Below the pieces are notes generated by a model. It did not search any database, was not told the origin of the DNA, and worked only from the letters and a program-made list of their open reading frames with translations. This document shows, in pieces, positions 37,153 through 47,468 of a stretch of DNA of 64,000 nucleotides. Numbering within the stretch: position 1 is the stretch's first letter; each line of letters begins with the position of its first letter. The translations under genes were made by a program, and so were the position numbers. The DNA is from a virus (taxonomy: Duplodnaviria > Caudoviricetes): positions 1 through 64,000 of IMG/VR virus record IMGVR_UViG_3300020460_001010, one strand, 5' to 3'.

Positions 37153-37779
37153 ATGGCTAAAATGGATAAAGAAGATTTGAAGCACGTGATTAAACGTTCA
37201 CGTAAGTTGTTCAAGGGTGAAGAGATACCCAAAGTGCATGGTTACGAGGGAGAAGTTGAAGAACTTGTCATTCGTCAACCCGGAGAAATTTGGACAGACA
37301 AAGACGGAAAGGAGTGGAAACAGATTGGTGCTAATACAAAGGTACGAACGGATACCTTAATGGATAAGGTTCGGAAAATGACTAGAACTGCACCAAATTG
37401 TCCCAAGGAAGTTTGTACATGTGACACGACTAAGTTTTTGGATAAAAGAATGGTTGCCATGAAAGGAATGTGTTTTGATTGTGTATATGAACATGAGCAA
37501 ACACTACGAGAAGATGGTAAGTATGAAGACTATGAGAAAAAAACTATACTTGAGAACGAGAAAAGTTTTTTGAACGATGCTCGTATAAAGATGGAAGAGT
37601 CTAGAAACTATATCACACAAGACCCTAAGTTTTTGAACGAAGATGGTACACTTGAGAAGTGGAATATTCCAAGCAAGGAAACTTTGATGAAAGAATTGGA
37701 GTCCGATTTGAAGCAACTTAATGACCGACTTGTGGAAATTGATTCTGAACTGGAAAAGTTTGAAGGAATGGAATTTTAG
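37153..37779 (+). CDS. Hypothetical Zn-binding protein
   Basis: GEIWTDKDGKEW, CPKEVCTC...MCFDC; C-terminal coiled coil. Confidence 0.8.
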   Translation: MAKMDKEDLKHVIKRSRKLFKGEEIPKVHGYEGEVEELVIRQPGEIWTDKDGKEWKQIGANTKVRTDTLMDKVRKMTRTAPNCPKEVCTCDTTKFLDKRMVAMKGMCFDCVYEHEQTLREDGKYEDYEKKTILENEKSFLNDARIKMEESRNYITQDPKFLNEDGTLEKWNIPSKETLMKELESDLKQLNDRLVEIDSELEKFEGMEF

Positions 37780-37825
37780 ACGATACCTCCAACTTTTTGT
37801 TTTTGTAAAAAAGATTATATATACA

Positions 37826-37833
37826 TATTTATA
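37826..37833 (+). promoter_or_regulatory. TATTTATA putative late promoter, 4 nt before terminase ATG
   Basis: Recurrent motif. Confidence 0.6.
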
Positions 37834-37837
37834 GTGG

Positions 37838-39448
37838 ATGACCGAAAAAAAAGATCTACCACTTAGAGAAAAAATTAAACAAGAGTATGCGGAGTGTCTG
37901 AAGTCACCTGTGTATTTTATGAAAAAGTATTGTAAAATACAACATCCGACTCTTGGTACAATACCATTTCATTTATACGACTTCCAGGAGAAAACTCTTG
38001 AGAGTTTTAAAGATGAGCAGTTTAATATAGTCCTAAAGGCACGTCAGATGGGTATTTCAACACTTGTGTCGGGATACGCATTGTGGTTGATGACATTCTT
38101 TACAGACAAGTCAATTCTTTGTATAGCAATCAATCAAGAGACGGCAAAGAATATTGTTACCAAAGTAACGCATATGTCAGACTTTTTACCTTCTTGGTTA
38201 CGTAGTGAGTGTACGGAAAAAAACAAATTGAGCATGAGGTTCAAAAACGGAAGTAGTATTCGTGCGGCGTCGAGTAGTGTAGACGCATCCCGTTCATCTT
38301 CGTTGAGTTTGCTCATAGTGGACGAGTGTGCCTTTATTACTAACATGGAGGAAATATGGACTGCATCGCAATCTACGATTACAACAGGAGGTCGTTCTAT
38401 TCTGCTATCTACTCCAAATGGAATTGGTAACTTTTTTCATAAGACATGGGTTGGGTCGATGGAGGGATCTAATCAATTCAATCCAATTAAACTTCATTGG
38501 TCGTTACATCCGGACAGAGATCAGTCATGGAGGGATGAGCAAACTACATTGCTGGGAGAGAGTGGTGCAACGCAAGAATGTGATTGTGATTTTGTTACAA
38601 GTGGTAATTCGGTTGTGGATTCCACAATTGTAGAGTGGTATAAAAATAATGTTGTGAAAGAACCACTTGAACGACGGGGTGTTAATAGAGAATACTGGAT
38701 TTGGGAGTATCCAGATCATTCTAAGAATTATGTGGTTGCAGCTGACGTTGCCCGAGGTGATGGAAAAGATAAAAGTGCATTTCATGTGTTTGATGTTGAG
38801 AGTTTACGACAAGTCGCGGAATTTCGTGGTGATATGGAAACTAAGGACTATGGAAATTTATTAGTTGCAGTTGCATCTGAATATAACGGTGCGTTGCTTG
38901 TTGTTGAAAATGCTAATATTGGATGGGCAGTTTTACAACAGATACTTGACCACGGATATGCCAATTTATATTACACACAGAGGGATTATCAATATGTTGA
39001 TGAACTTGCACAACATACAAATAAAATAAACCGGATGGAGAAGAAGCAAGTTCCTGGATTTACGATGTCTACAAAAACTAGACCACTTGTAATAAGCAAG
39101 ATGGAAACATATATGCGAGAAAAAGAACTAGTTATAAATTCAGAGAGAACTGTAGAGGAACTTTTTACATTCATATGGAGTGGCATGAAGGCAGAAGCAA
39201 TGCCAGGATATACAGATGACTTGGTAATGAGTCTGTGTATTGCATTGTGGGTCAGAGACACTGCTCTTAGATTTAGATCCGAGAGCATGAATACGCAAAA
39301 AACTATGTTTGATTATATGGGGACTAGTAATAATGTATTGAATGATGACCATCAAAAACCAATTGGCAAAAACGGTATGCCATACAATCCGTATGAAATG
39401 AAAAATCCACACGGAGGAACGGAAAGCTTGGACTGGTTACTTAAATAA
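37838..39448 (+). CDS. terL: Terminase large subunit (gp17-like)
   Basis: LYDFQ, LKARQMGIST, LIVDECAF, LSTPNG, nuclease ADVARG, VVENAN, DDLVMS. Confidence 0.96.
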   Translation: MTEKKDLPLREKIKQEYAECLKSPVYFMKKYCKIQHPTLGTIPFHLYDFQEKTLESFKDEQFNIVLKARQMGISTLVSGYALWLMTFFTDKSILCIAINQETAKNIVTKVTHMSDFLPSWLRSECTEKNKLSMRFKNGSSIRAASSSVDASRSSSLSLLIVDECAFITNMEEIWTASQSTITTGGRSILLSTPNGIGNFFHKTWVGSMEGSNQFNPIKLHWSLHPDRDQSWRDEQTTLLGESGATQECDCDFVTSGNSVVDSTIVEWYKNNVVKEPLERRGVNREYWIWEYPDHSKNYVVAADVARGDGKDKSAFHVFDVESLRQVAEFRGDMETKDYGNLLVAVASEYNGALLVVENANIGWAVLQQILDHGYANLYYTQRDYQYVDELAQHTNKINRMEKKQVPGFTMSTKTRPLVISKMETYMREKELVINSERTVEELFTFIWSGMKAEAMPGYTDDLVMSLCIALWVRDTALRFRSESMNTQKTMFDYMGTSNNVLNDDHQKPIGKNGMPYNPYEMKNPHGGTESLDWLLK

Positions 39449-39469
39449 ATCAACTTGGAGACAATTATT

Positions 39470-40072
39470 ATGAAAACGCAAATTATACTCACTATTGGGG
39501 GACTAATATTTACTGGTGGATGTACCACACAATCGTTACTACCAACACAGGGAGTATATACTGAATCTGCATTTGAATCATACACTCAAGTTGAGGGGGT
39601 GGTTAACAAGATTGTTGTTGGGGAGACGAAATATTCAGACTTGGTGGCAATGGGACTTGACTTGGAGAATATTCCGAATGTCAAGAGACTTACTTATCTT
39701 GATGTGATGAGTAAGTTCAAGTTGGATAGTCCGTCACGATTTACTTTGTTTAATAAAATTGAATTGCCGTCCGGGGTTCTTAAAATGCTGGCTGCGAGGG
39801 AGGATGGTCTTGCATATGAAATAAATTTGGAAAGATTGAAAAATCAAAGAGAAGGAAGTTTGTTTTTGGATATGCTTAATTTTAGAAAAACAATACATAC
39901 AACCGGTTGGCAAATTAGTGTGTTGATTTTAATTGTAGATGGTACGGTTGAGTATGTATTATATTCGGGTGAGAAGAATATTGATAAAATAGAAAAAGAA
40001 CGAAATCCACTTGGACCATTTCAAGGATTTGATGGGGGTGACATCGTGGGAGCCGCAAGTGAGTTGAGGTGA
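39470..40072 (+). CDS. Lipoprotein
   Basis: Signal peptide MKTQIILTIGGLIFTGG-C with lipobox Cys18; GGAG RBS. Confidence 0.75.
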   Translation: MKTQIILTIGGLIFTGGCTTQSLLPTQGVYTESAFESYTQVEGVVNKIVVGETKYSDLVAMGLDLENIPNVKRLTYLDVMSKFKLDSPSRFTLFNKIELPSGVLKMLAAREDGLAYEINLERLKNQREGSLFLDMLNFRKTIHTTGWQISVLILIVDGTVEYVLYSGEKNIDKIEKERNPLGPFQGFDGGDIVGAASELR

Positions 40073-40085
40073 TGTATATATTAGT

Positions 40086-40114
40086 TTGACAAATACATAT
40101 ATATTACATACAAT
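40086..40114 (+). promoter_or_regulatory. Sigma70-type promoter TTGACA-N17-TACAAT upstream of portal (late-type CATTTATA follows at 40119)
   Basis: Near-consensus hexamers and spacing. Confidence 0.6.
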
Positions 40115-40136
40115 CATACATTTATAAGGTTATATT

Positions 40137-42011
40137 ATGGCAGAAAAATCACGATCAGGAAAAATATTCGGAGGACTTAAAAAATTATTTTCTTCAGATG
40201 TAATTGTTAGGAATGTAGGAGGTAAAAAACTTAAAGTGGTGGATACGGATGATATCCAATATACAAGTAAGTTGCGAGATAAGTATAATCGTCTACACAC
40301 ATTATACAGTGATTATACAAGTAGATACAATAGCATTGGATTTCAAACCGCACGACTAGAATTATTTAGTGATTACGATATGATGGAAAATGACCCAATC
40401 ATATCAAGTGCACTTGACATATATGCAGATGAATCCACAACTAAAAGTGAATTTGGTGATATTTTAAAAATCTCAAGCAATGATTCAAATGTTAAGGGTA
40501 TCCTTGAAAATTTATTTTATGATATATTGAATATTGAGTTTACGTTGTGGGGGTGGACTCGTAATATGTGTAAGTATGGAGATTTTTATTTGCATCTAGA
40601 AATTGAACCAGACTATGGTGTACTTAATGTAAAACCCATATCGACATACGAAATGACTCGTATTGAGGATACTGATCCGGAAAATCCTTCATATGTTGTT
40701 TTTAAACAAGAGGGTGCATATAAGGCAGATTATGAAAACTATGAAATAGCACATTTTAGAATGTTGGGTGATAGTAACTTTCTTCCGTATGGAAAAAGTG
40801 TTATTGAATCGGGTAGACGGGTATGGAAGCAATTGCAGTTGATGGAAGATGCTATGCTTGTTCACCGAATAATGAGAGCTCCTGAAAAACGAATGTTTTA
40901 TATTGATATTGGTAACATTCCACCAAATGAGGTTGATGGATTTATGCAAAAGGTCATTGCCAAAATGAAGAAAGTTCCGTATGTAGATGAAAGAACTGGA
41001 GACTATAATTTAAAATTTAATATGCAAAATATGACCGAAGATTTCTTCATGCCGGTGCGTGGTGGTGATAGTGGTACTCGCATTGAGAACATGGGTGGAA
41101 TGACATATGACGGTACGGAGGATATTGAGTATGTTAAGAATAAAATGATGGCCGCACTCAAAGTTCCCAAGGCCTTTCTTGGATATGAAGAGGGAATTAC
41201 TGGTAAGGCAACTCTTGCGGCCGAGGACATTCGGTTTGCAAGAACAATAGAACGAGTTCAGAGAATTATGCTGAGTGAGTTAACTAAAATTGCGGTAGTA
41301 CACTTATATAGTCAGGGATATACGGACTCCAAGTTGGTGGATTTTGATTTACAACTTACAAATCCGTCTACTATATTTGAAGAAGAACGGGTCAGGATTT
41401 TAAGTGAAAAGTTGAACACTTCCAGAGATATGCTGGATGCCAAGATGTTCTCCAAGAAGTGGGTGTATGATTCAATTTTTGGACTATCCGAAGAAGAGGT
41501 GGAGGAAATACGTCAAGATTTTGTACAAGATGCCAAAGAATACTATAGACTTGAGAGCATACAGAATGAGGGAACTGACCCTGCCGATCCGTCATCACCA
41601 CCACCCGCAGGAGACAACGAAACTGAATGGGGATTTGGTGAGTTTGAGGATACCGACAAAGATGCGGAACCGGAAGACCGAGTACATCAGAAACACAAAG
41701 AAGAAAATAAACGAAAAAATGCTAATAAAAAATACGACCACCCTGATAACAAACCAATGGGACGTGACCCACTTGGAGCAACTGAACGCAAGGTTTCTGG
41801 TAGAAATTGGAGTGACAGTCCACTGAAACTTGAGGCAGATTTGGAACAACTTGATGTATATCTTAATAAAAAGAAAGAGACGTCGGTGTCAAAAAAAGAA
41901 ATACTTGTAGAGGATATGGAGGAAAAAATAACTAAAAAAAATTCTTCCGATGAAACCCCTAAACTGAACACTGGGAGCATATTGGACGAAGATAATTTAA
42001 TCAATAAGTAA
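40137..42011 (+). CDS. gp20: Portal protein (T4 gp20-like)
   Basis: LMEDAMLVHRIMRAPEKRMFYIDIGN, EDFFMPVRG, ALKVPKAFL, DIRFARTIERVQ. Confidence 0.96.
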   Translation: MAEKSRSGKIFGGLKKLFSSDVIVRNVGGKKLKVVDTDDIQYTSKLRDKYNRLHTLYSDYTSRYNSIGFQTARLELFSDYDMMENDPIISSALDIYADESTTKSEFGDILKISSNDSNVKGILENLFYDILNIEFTLWGWTRNMCKYGDFYLHLEIEPDYGVLNVKPISTYEMTRIEDTDPENPSYVVFKQEGAYKADYENYEIAHFRMLGDSNFLPYGKSVIESGRRVWKQLQLMEDAMLVHRIMRAPEKRMFYIDIGNIPPNEVDGFMQKVIAKMKKVPYVDERTGDYNLKFNMQNMTEDFFMPVRGGDSGTRIENMGGMTYDGTEDIEYVKNKMMAALKVPKAFLGYEEGITGKATLAAEDIRFARTIERVQRIMLSELTKIAVVHLYSQGYTDSKLVDFDLQLTNPSTIFEEERVRILSEKLNTSRDMLDAKMFSKKWVYDSIFGLSEEEVEEIRQDFVQDAKEYYRLESIQNEGTDPADPSSPPPAGDNETEWGFGEFEDTDKDAEPEDRVHQKHKEENKRKNANKKYDHPDNKPMGRDPLGATERKVSGRNWSDSPLKLEADLEQLDVYLNKKKETSVSKKEILVEDMEEKITKKNSSDETPKLNTGSILDEDNLINK

Positions 42012-42085
42012 TTTTTTAAAAAATATTAAGTGATAATTATAGTTATATCTATATTTATGTTCATATATATTAGTTTGATTTTCAC

Positions 42086-42958
42086 GTGAAAAAATTAAAA
42101 CACAGTAAATTTAAGAATACCGGCATTCTATTTGAACTCCTAGTTCGGCAGATAACTGCGGACATATTGGATGATACGAAGGAATCTCATGCCAACCGGT
42201 TGATGCGTAAGTATTTTGCTGAGAACACTGCACTTGGAAAGGAGCAACGATTGTATCAATTATTACTTGAAGAGTCTGCATCCGATGCAGTTCATGCGGA
42301 GAGATTGGTGGATGCAGTTTCTGAGTCTCATAAAAAATTGGATTCAAAAACATTGGCAAAACTTAGATATGAGTTGGTGCGTGAAATGCGTGACGCATAT
42401 CCAATCGATGATTTCTTGCGGTCAAAAATTTCCAACTATAAGACATATGCAAGCATTTACAAACTATTTGAAAGTAAGTCACCCAATGTGTATTGTGATG
42501 CCAAAGAATTATACGAATCCAAGAATACGGTAATTTCAGAATTGTGTAATAAACGTAGGCAAAAAACCACACAAGAGTCCAGTATTGAGGAAGAGTATGA
42601 GAAGCACAATGAAGACCTGCGTTTAATAAGTTATAAATTATTGGTCGATAGGTTTAATGAAAAATATAGTGCGTTGAACGAGGATCAGCAATTGTTGCTT
42701 AAGAATTATATAAATAATATTTCAAATACCAATAGTCTGCGTGAGTATGTAAATATGCAGATACCGAAGGTGAAATCACGACTCGAAGAATTAACAAATA
42801 CCTGTGTAGACGATGAAGTGGTTAAAATTAAGTTGGGAGAAGTAGTTTCTCAACTAAACAAGATTTCGGACGGCCGTCTTGTTAAGGATTCACAAGTTTC
42901 TACATTGCTTATGTCATATGAATTGATTAAGGAACTTGAGAAGCATGGCAACGACTGA
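42086..42958 (+). CDS. Conserved-type hypothetical protein of the head gene cluster
   Basis: KHSKFKNTGILFELLVRQIT N-terminus; preceded by TATTTATG at 42052. Confidence 0.8.
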   Translation: MKKLKHSKFKNTGILFELLVRQITADILDDTKESHANRLMRKYFAENTALGKEQRLYQLLLEESASDAVHAERLVDAVSESHKKLDSKTLAKLRYELVREMRDAYPIDDFLRSKISNYKTYASIYKLFESKSPNVYCDAKELYESKNTVISELCNKRRQKTTQESSIEEEYEKHNEDLRLISYKLLVDRFNEKYSALNEDQQLLLKNYINNISNTNSLREYVNMQIPKVKSRLEELTNTCVDDEVVKIKLGEVVSQLNKISDGRLVKDSQVSTLLMSYELIKELEKHGND

Positions 42959-43505
42959 AACTCAAATTCGTAGAATTATTCGTAAAATAGTGCGAGAGGT
43001 TATGTCCGAGTCACATGATTGTAATTCCGTACACCCCGAAATTTCGCATGAAGACTGGGAACATGAACAAGATTCCATTGAGGAATTGAATGCGACATCA
43101 AATGTCGATGGATATCAGACACCATTTGCATTTTCGGATAAATCTGAAGACGATCATGAGGAAGATATAAAAGATACTGCGGAAGTATTTGATTTCAAGA
43201 AAACCGAGAACCAAGCACTGAATACTGTTAAACTTGAGGAAGGGAAAAGTCTATATCATCTATACAGAGACCATGCAGATTACAGTCCTGCACAGAAGAT
43301 AGGAGTTACTGTTAGGGAAGTCAATCGTTTGTTGACTGAAATTGAAAAGTTGTTGCGGGTCAGTTCACGATTCAAGACAGAAACCAATCTTGGTACTGGG
43401 GCATTTTGGAAAACAACCAATAGATACTTATCGAATATTGATGAGAAAATATTTAGAATATTGAGTAAAGTTAAAGATATTAAGGAAAAAAGTTATGAAG
43501 AATAG
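42945..43505 (+). CDS. Hypothetical head-associated protein
   Basis: IRRIIRKIVREVMSE leader, GYQTPFAF motif, several xxE sites. Confidence 0.75.
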   Translation: MATTETQIRRIIRKIVREVMSESHDCNSVHPEISHEDWEHEQDSIEELNATSNVDGYQTPFAFSDKSEDDHEEDIKDTAEVFDFKKTENQALNTVKLEEGKSLYHLYRDHADYSPAQKIGVTVREVNRLLTEIEKLLRVSSRFKTETNLGTGAFWKTTNRYLSNIDEKIFRILSKVKDIKEKSYEE

Positions 43506-43935
43506 TATTAGATTAGATGTGGTGTCGGCAAATGATATGTTGCTTGATAAGAAATCCAAACAAAATAAATCAACTGGACCTGTGCGAAAGTCTGCAAATC
43601 GGGGTGATGCTAAGAATATTGTAAATTCTCTTGGGTCACCTTGGAAGGAAAGCACATGGGGTGCAGAAATCAAAGCCAATACACAAGATGCATCTGCAAA
43701 AGCAAATATTTACAAAAAGAGTGATGACACATACAATGTGAGATTGTCCATAGATGTCACATCATTGAGTTCGTTACAAGAAAATTCACCTGAAGATTGT
43801 ATAAAAAATCTGCTAACGGGTATAGAATCGGTTGCAGATGTATGCTCACAACTATCAAGAGACCTTGCCCAACAACAGACCGAGCAGACGACTTTCAATG
43901 AAGTGTCGGAGGTTGTTCAAACCGAGGATGCGTAA
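43495..43935 (+). CDS. Hypothetical protein
   Basis: Coupled ORF. Confidence 0.7.
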   Translation: MKNSIRLDVVSANDMLLDKKSKQNKSTGPVRKSANRGDAKNIVNSLGSPWKESTWGAEIKANTQDASAKANIYKKSDDTYNVRLSIDVTSLSSLQENSPEDCIKNLLTGIESVADVCSQLSRDLAQQQTEQTTFNEVSEVVQTEDA

Positions 43936-44819
43936 TGTCCGAATGTTCGTGTAAGATACGTGAGGTTGATATAGATGCAGTAAATCGTGCATCTTCCACG
44001 GACACTTCAATTTCAGACTACGAGTCTGCGTTGGTGGACTTGGCCAAAAAAGCAAAAAAGGCATCGAAATCCAAGGAAGGTAGGAAACTTGAAGACGATT
44101 ATTGGAAACCTGTGTTTTTGATGATAAAGAATGCTAAACTTGGAATATCAATGGCACAACTTGGGTTATCTCCTGAAGATACCGATGGACCTGGACCTAC
44201 CACGTCTGATATGAAGATACAACCAATGGGGGATACTCGGGACGGAGATAAACAATTTGATGTTGCAAAGGATGAAGAAGAAAAATTAGAAGACGAGAAG
44301 GAGAAAGAGGAGGAGGAAAAGGAATCCTCAAAAACTCCCAATAAGTCTGAAAAGAAAGATGAGGGTATCCAAGAACGAGCAGTATCATCTTCTCAGCAAA
44401 GATTATTTGGAATGGTTCATGCGTATCAAACGGGTAAGTTGGATAAGAACAGAATAAGCAAATCGTTGTTATCTAAAATTGAGAAAATATCTGCTGGTAT
44501 ATCTACCAAAGATTCCGAGAAAATTGCATCCACGAAGCACGATGATTTACCTGAGAAGGTGACTGAGACTGTCAATTTATCGGATGAGGTGAGGCATCTT
44601 GGAATTATACTTGAATCGGATGGATATAAGATAGCATCTGCAACATATTATGGAGGTGGGTGTGTGTTGGAGGTAAAGTCTGATGATACCACACATGTAC
44701 TTAGCATGGATTCGGATATATTTCTAGAAGACTCCGACGGTTCAACAAAACTTGGAAGCACCAATGACTTTGGACACGTTGTGTATAATTTTAAGAAGGC
44801 AACTAAAATTGCAATTTAG
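43935..44819 (+). CDS. Multi-module protein with DUF3008-like segment
   Basis: IQE|RAVSSSQQRLFGMVHA...ASTKHDDLPEKV resembles DUF3008. Confidence 0.65.
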   Translation: MSECSCKIREVDIDAVNRASSTDTSISDYESALVDLAKKAKKASKSKEGRKLEDDYWKPVFLMIKNAKLGISMAQLGLSPEDTDGPGPTTSDMKIQPMGDTRDGDKQFDVAKDEEEKLEDEKEKEEEEKESSKTPNKSEKKDEGIQERAVSSSQQRLFGMVHAYQTGKLDKNRISKSLLSKIEKISAGISTKDSEKIASTKHDDLPEKVTETVNLSDEVRHLGIILESDGYKIASATYYGGGCVLEVKSDDTTHVLSMDSDIFLEDSDGSTKLGSTNDFGHVVYNFKKATKIAI

Positions 44820-44901
44820 TGTTGAGTATTTTGTTGTGTGATATAAAAAATACTACTGATATGTAAAATAAACATCGATACATATATACTTATTAAATGA
44901 A

Positions 44902-45534
44902 ATGGCTAAACAAGTGATAGTATCTACACGTCCCTTTGAATTTACTCGGGAGCAAATTTCGGAGAGCATTGCCGAGAATGATGGTCGGTTGATCGTCAGA
45001 GGAGTTTTGCAAAAAGCCCGTGAACAGAATCAAAATGGAAGGGTATATACCAGAGAGTTGTTGGAACGTGAATCTGGTAAATATCAAGAATTAATTGACG
45101 ATAAACGAGCATTGGGTGAACTTGATCATCCAGATAGTGCAGTGGTGAATTTGCAGAATGTGAGTCACAATGTTAAGAAGATGTGGTGGGACGGTGATAG
45201 TTTGGTTGGAGACGTTGAAGTACTTGGCACTCCATCGGGTAATATATTGAAAGAATTATTTAAGTCAGGAATCACACTTGGAATTAGTTCACGTGGAATG
45301 GGAACTACCAGAGAATCCGAAGGTAAGACACTTGTAAACGATGATTTTGAATTGGTCGCATTTGATTTTGTGAGCAATCCTTCTACAAGAGGTGCGTTTC
45401 TTGAACCAGTTAATTTGAATGAATCGGTTGACCCAAGTGGCACGAAGGTTGTAACTGAAGGTAGAGTATGCTCAAAGTATTGTAAGGTTGAGGGGATTAT
45501 TCACGAAATCTTGGGTGGACTTGGAGAATCTTAA
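44902..45534 (+). CDS. gp21: Prohead core protease (T4 gp21-like)
   Basis: NQNGRVY, ALGELDHP, NVSH, LGISSRGMG, FDFVSNPST. Confidence 0.96.
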   Translation: MAKQVIVSTRPFEFTREQISESIAENDGRLIVRGVLQKAREQNQNGRVYTRELLERESGKYQELIDDKRALGELDHPDSAVVNLQNVSHNVKKMWWDGDSLVGDVEVLGTPSGNILKELFKSGITLGISSRGMGTTRESEGKTLVNDDFELVAFDFVSNPSTRGAFLEPVNLNESVDPSGTKVVTEGRVCSKYCKVEGIIHEILGGLGES

Positions 45535-45535
45535 T

Positions 45536-45997
45536 ATGGAAAAGAATGAGGTTATACGACTGATTAAGGAAAGTATTTTGGAAGTTGCAAAGGAGCAACG
45601 AGACCAGATAAATGAGTTTAACCCAAAGACAGGTAGGTTTTCCGATGAAGGTCTATCTATGGATCAAAAGAAACTTGCATCCGAAAAGATTTCAAAGTTT
45701 GGTAAATATCAACGATACATCGCACTCGAAGCAAGAGACATGGATGTTGCCGAAGATATATGCAATATCGTTGATAACGCATCAAAGTATATTCTCAACG
45801 AAACTGATGATTGGTTTGATGCAATGAGTGTAAAAAGAAACTTAAAAGAAATTAAAACTCTTGCAAAGGAATTTTACAAGACGGCAAGTGAGCGTCAAGT
45901 TTACACACAACGTATGCAGAGTTTGTACGAAGATATGGGCAACATATTGAATCGTTATTTTGAAATACAAGAGGAAACTACCAATGAAGAGAAGTGA
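45536..45997 (+). CDS. Hypothetical head-cluster protein
   Basis: ATG 45536 just after the protease stop; helical; DWFD and LYEDMG..LNRYFEI. Confidence 0.8.
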   Translation: MEKNEVIRLIKESILEVAKEQRDQINEFNPKTGRFSDEGLSMDQKKLASEKISKFGKYQRYIALEARDMDVAEDICNIVDNASKYILNETDDWFDAMSVKRNLKEIKTLAKEFYKTASERQVYTQRMQSLYEDMGNILNRYFEIQEETTNEEK

Positions 45998-46712
45998 ATT
46001 GAAGGATTATATATTTCAAGTTTTACTTGAGGCAATGGATTGCCCATATGAAGTGGAGGGATCTCTTGTACAGAAAACTATGGGATTTTCCGGATATGAA
46101 ACCAGAGTTGTGTGTGAGGGTACGGTGGGTGATGCAAATGAGTTTGCCCGTGAACATAACTTTAGTTTTGTGAAGTCAGATGACTCGCACTTTGGTGGGT
46201 ACTATGAGGCCGAGCATAATACAATATATGAATTTATACCATCCGATGAGTATTATGGTGAATTGATGGAAGCCGAAATGTCTGCATCCGATGCCCTTGC
46301 GAGATTGAATGGTGACAATGATCAAATTTTACAAGAACTGGATAATACACAGATCACAAACTTCATTCGTTCATTGATGGATAATGCAGATTTTGTTGAA
46401 AGTCGTGTAGTTCCTGTGTTTACGAATGTAGCAACCCGTGTGATGGAGGGAATGTCTGATCCAAAGCAGGTTGATAGATTATTGGGTGTTATCATCACAC
46501 AGGGTCTCAAGACAGAGTTTACCGAAAATGTGGAATTGTCAAACAATCAACATAGACTTGCATTGGAAAATCTTCGTACTGAATTGGATACGTATATTAA
46601 ATCAATGACAGACGTCTGTGAGTCATGTGTAACTACCGACTATAGAGGAATCTTACTTAAAAACTATGGAAGAGTTTTGGGTACTGTTAAAGACATTTTA
46701 CCAACTACATAA
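45984..46712 (+). CDS. Hypothetical protein with MKRSELKDYI leader
   Basis: Coupled ORF. Confidence 0.75.
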   Translation: MKRSELKDYIFQVLLEAMDCPYEVEGSLVQKTMGFSGYETRVVCEGTVGDANEFAREHNFSFVKSDDSHFGGYYEAEHNTIYEFIPSDEYYGELMEAEMSASDALARLNGDNDQILQELDNTQITNFIRSLMDNADFVESRVVPVFTNVATRVMEGMSDPKQVDRLLGVIITQGLKTEFTENVELSNNQHRLALENLRTELDTYIKSMTDVCESCVTTDYRGILLKNYGRVLGTVKDILPTT

Positions 46713-46726
46713 GAGAATTATTAACT

Positions 46727-47371
46727 ATGAAAATTACAAGAAAAGAACTTAAAGAAATTATTCACGAAGTTGCCGATGAATTGGGACTTTTTGAAGGACT
46801 TACGAAAGCACAGGAAAAACTTCCTGAACCACTTAAGGCTGCTATACTAAAAAAGCAAGAATCAGATGATGCTTCTGATACCGAAGAAGAAATCTCAGAG
46901 GGAAACGCATGGGGTTCTGCCGTTCGTAAGGCACGTGAGGAAAATTTAAAAGAATTTGAATTTAATGGAAAAGTTTACACATTAACCGAAGATTCCAACT
47001 TGGATGAATCCGAGGACACTGAAGAATTTACCGGAGAAGATGACGAGGAAGTCGAAGAAGGCAATGCTTTTGGTGATGCGGTTCGTAAAGCAAAAGAGGC
47101 CGGTGAGGATGAGTTTGAAGTGGACGGTAAGACTTTTCAAGTTAAGGAAGAATCTGGATGCTATTCCGAAGAAGACGAAACCGAAGAGGAAGTCGAAGAA
47201 GGCAATGCTTTTGGTGATGCGGTTCGTAAAGCAAAAGAGGCCGGTGAGGATGAGTTTGAAGTGGACGGCAAGACCTTTCAAGTTAAGGAAGGTGTGGTTA
47301 AGAACTTCCAAGGATGTACACTATCCGAGACTTTGGCAAGAATTTCAGGAAATAAGAAAATTATTACTTGA
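46727..47371 (+). CDS. Acidic repeat protein (three EGNA(F/W)G.AVRKA modules); probable internal head protein
   Basis: MKITRKELKEIIHEV leader; three modules of about 30 aa separated by Glu-rich linkers. Confidence 0.8.
   Translation: MKITRKELKEIIHEVADELGLFEGLTKAQEKLPEPLKAAILKKQESDDASDTEEEISEGNAWGSAVRKAREENLKEFEFNGKVYTLTEDSNLDESEDTEEFTGEDDEEVEEGNAFGDAVRKAKEAGEDEFEVDGKTFQVKEESGCYSEEDETEEEVEEGNAFGDAVRKAKEAGEDEFEVDGKTFQVKEGVVKNFQGCTLSETLARISGNKKIIT
47045..47291 (+). repeat. 106-bp direct repeat (47045-47150 and 47186-47291), 2 mismatches
   Basis: Both copies encode EEVEEGNAFGDAVRKAKEAGEDEFEVDGKTFQVKE. Confidence 0.93.
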
Positions 47372-47397
47372 TTTTACTTAAAAAATAATAAGTTTTT

Positions 47398-47429
47398 AAA
47401 AAAAAGAGTGGTTGCCACTCTTTTTTTTT
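47398..47429 (+). terminator. Rho-independent terminator (bidirectional type)
   Basis: A8-GAGTGG-TTG-CCACTC-T9. Confidence 0.85.
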
Positions 47430-47460
47430 ATTTTTTTTAATATTTTCATACGTAAGTATA

Positions 47461-47468
47461 TATTTATT
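47461..47468 (+). promoter_or_regulatory. TATTTATT putative late promoter for scaffold-capsid operon
   Basis: Recurrent motif right after a terminator, about 100 nt upstream of ATG 47570. Confidence 0.6.

Noticed and set aside
37838-39448. Intein or homing endonuclease in the terminase
   Set aside because: 536 aa with normally spaced motifs and no insertion
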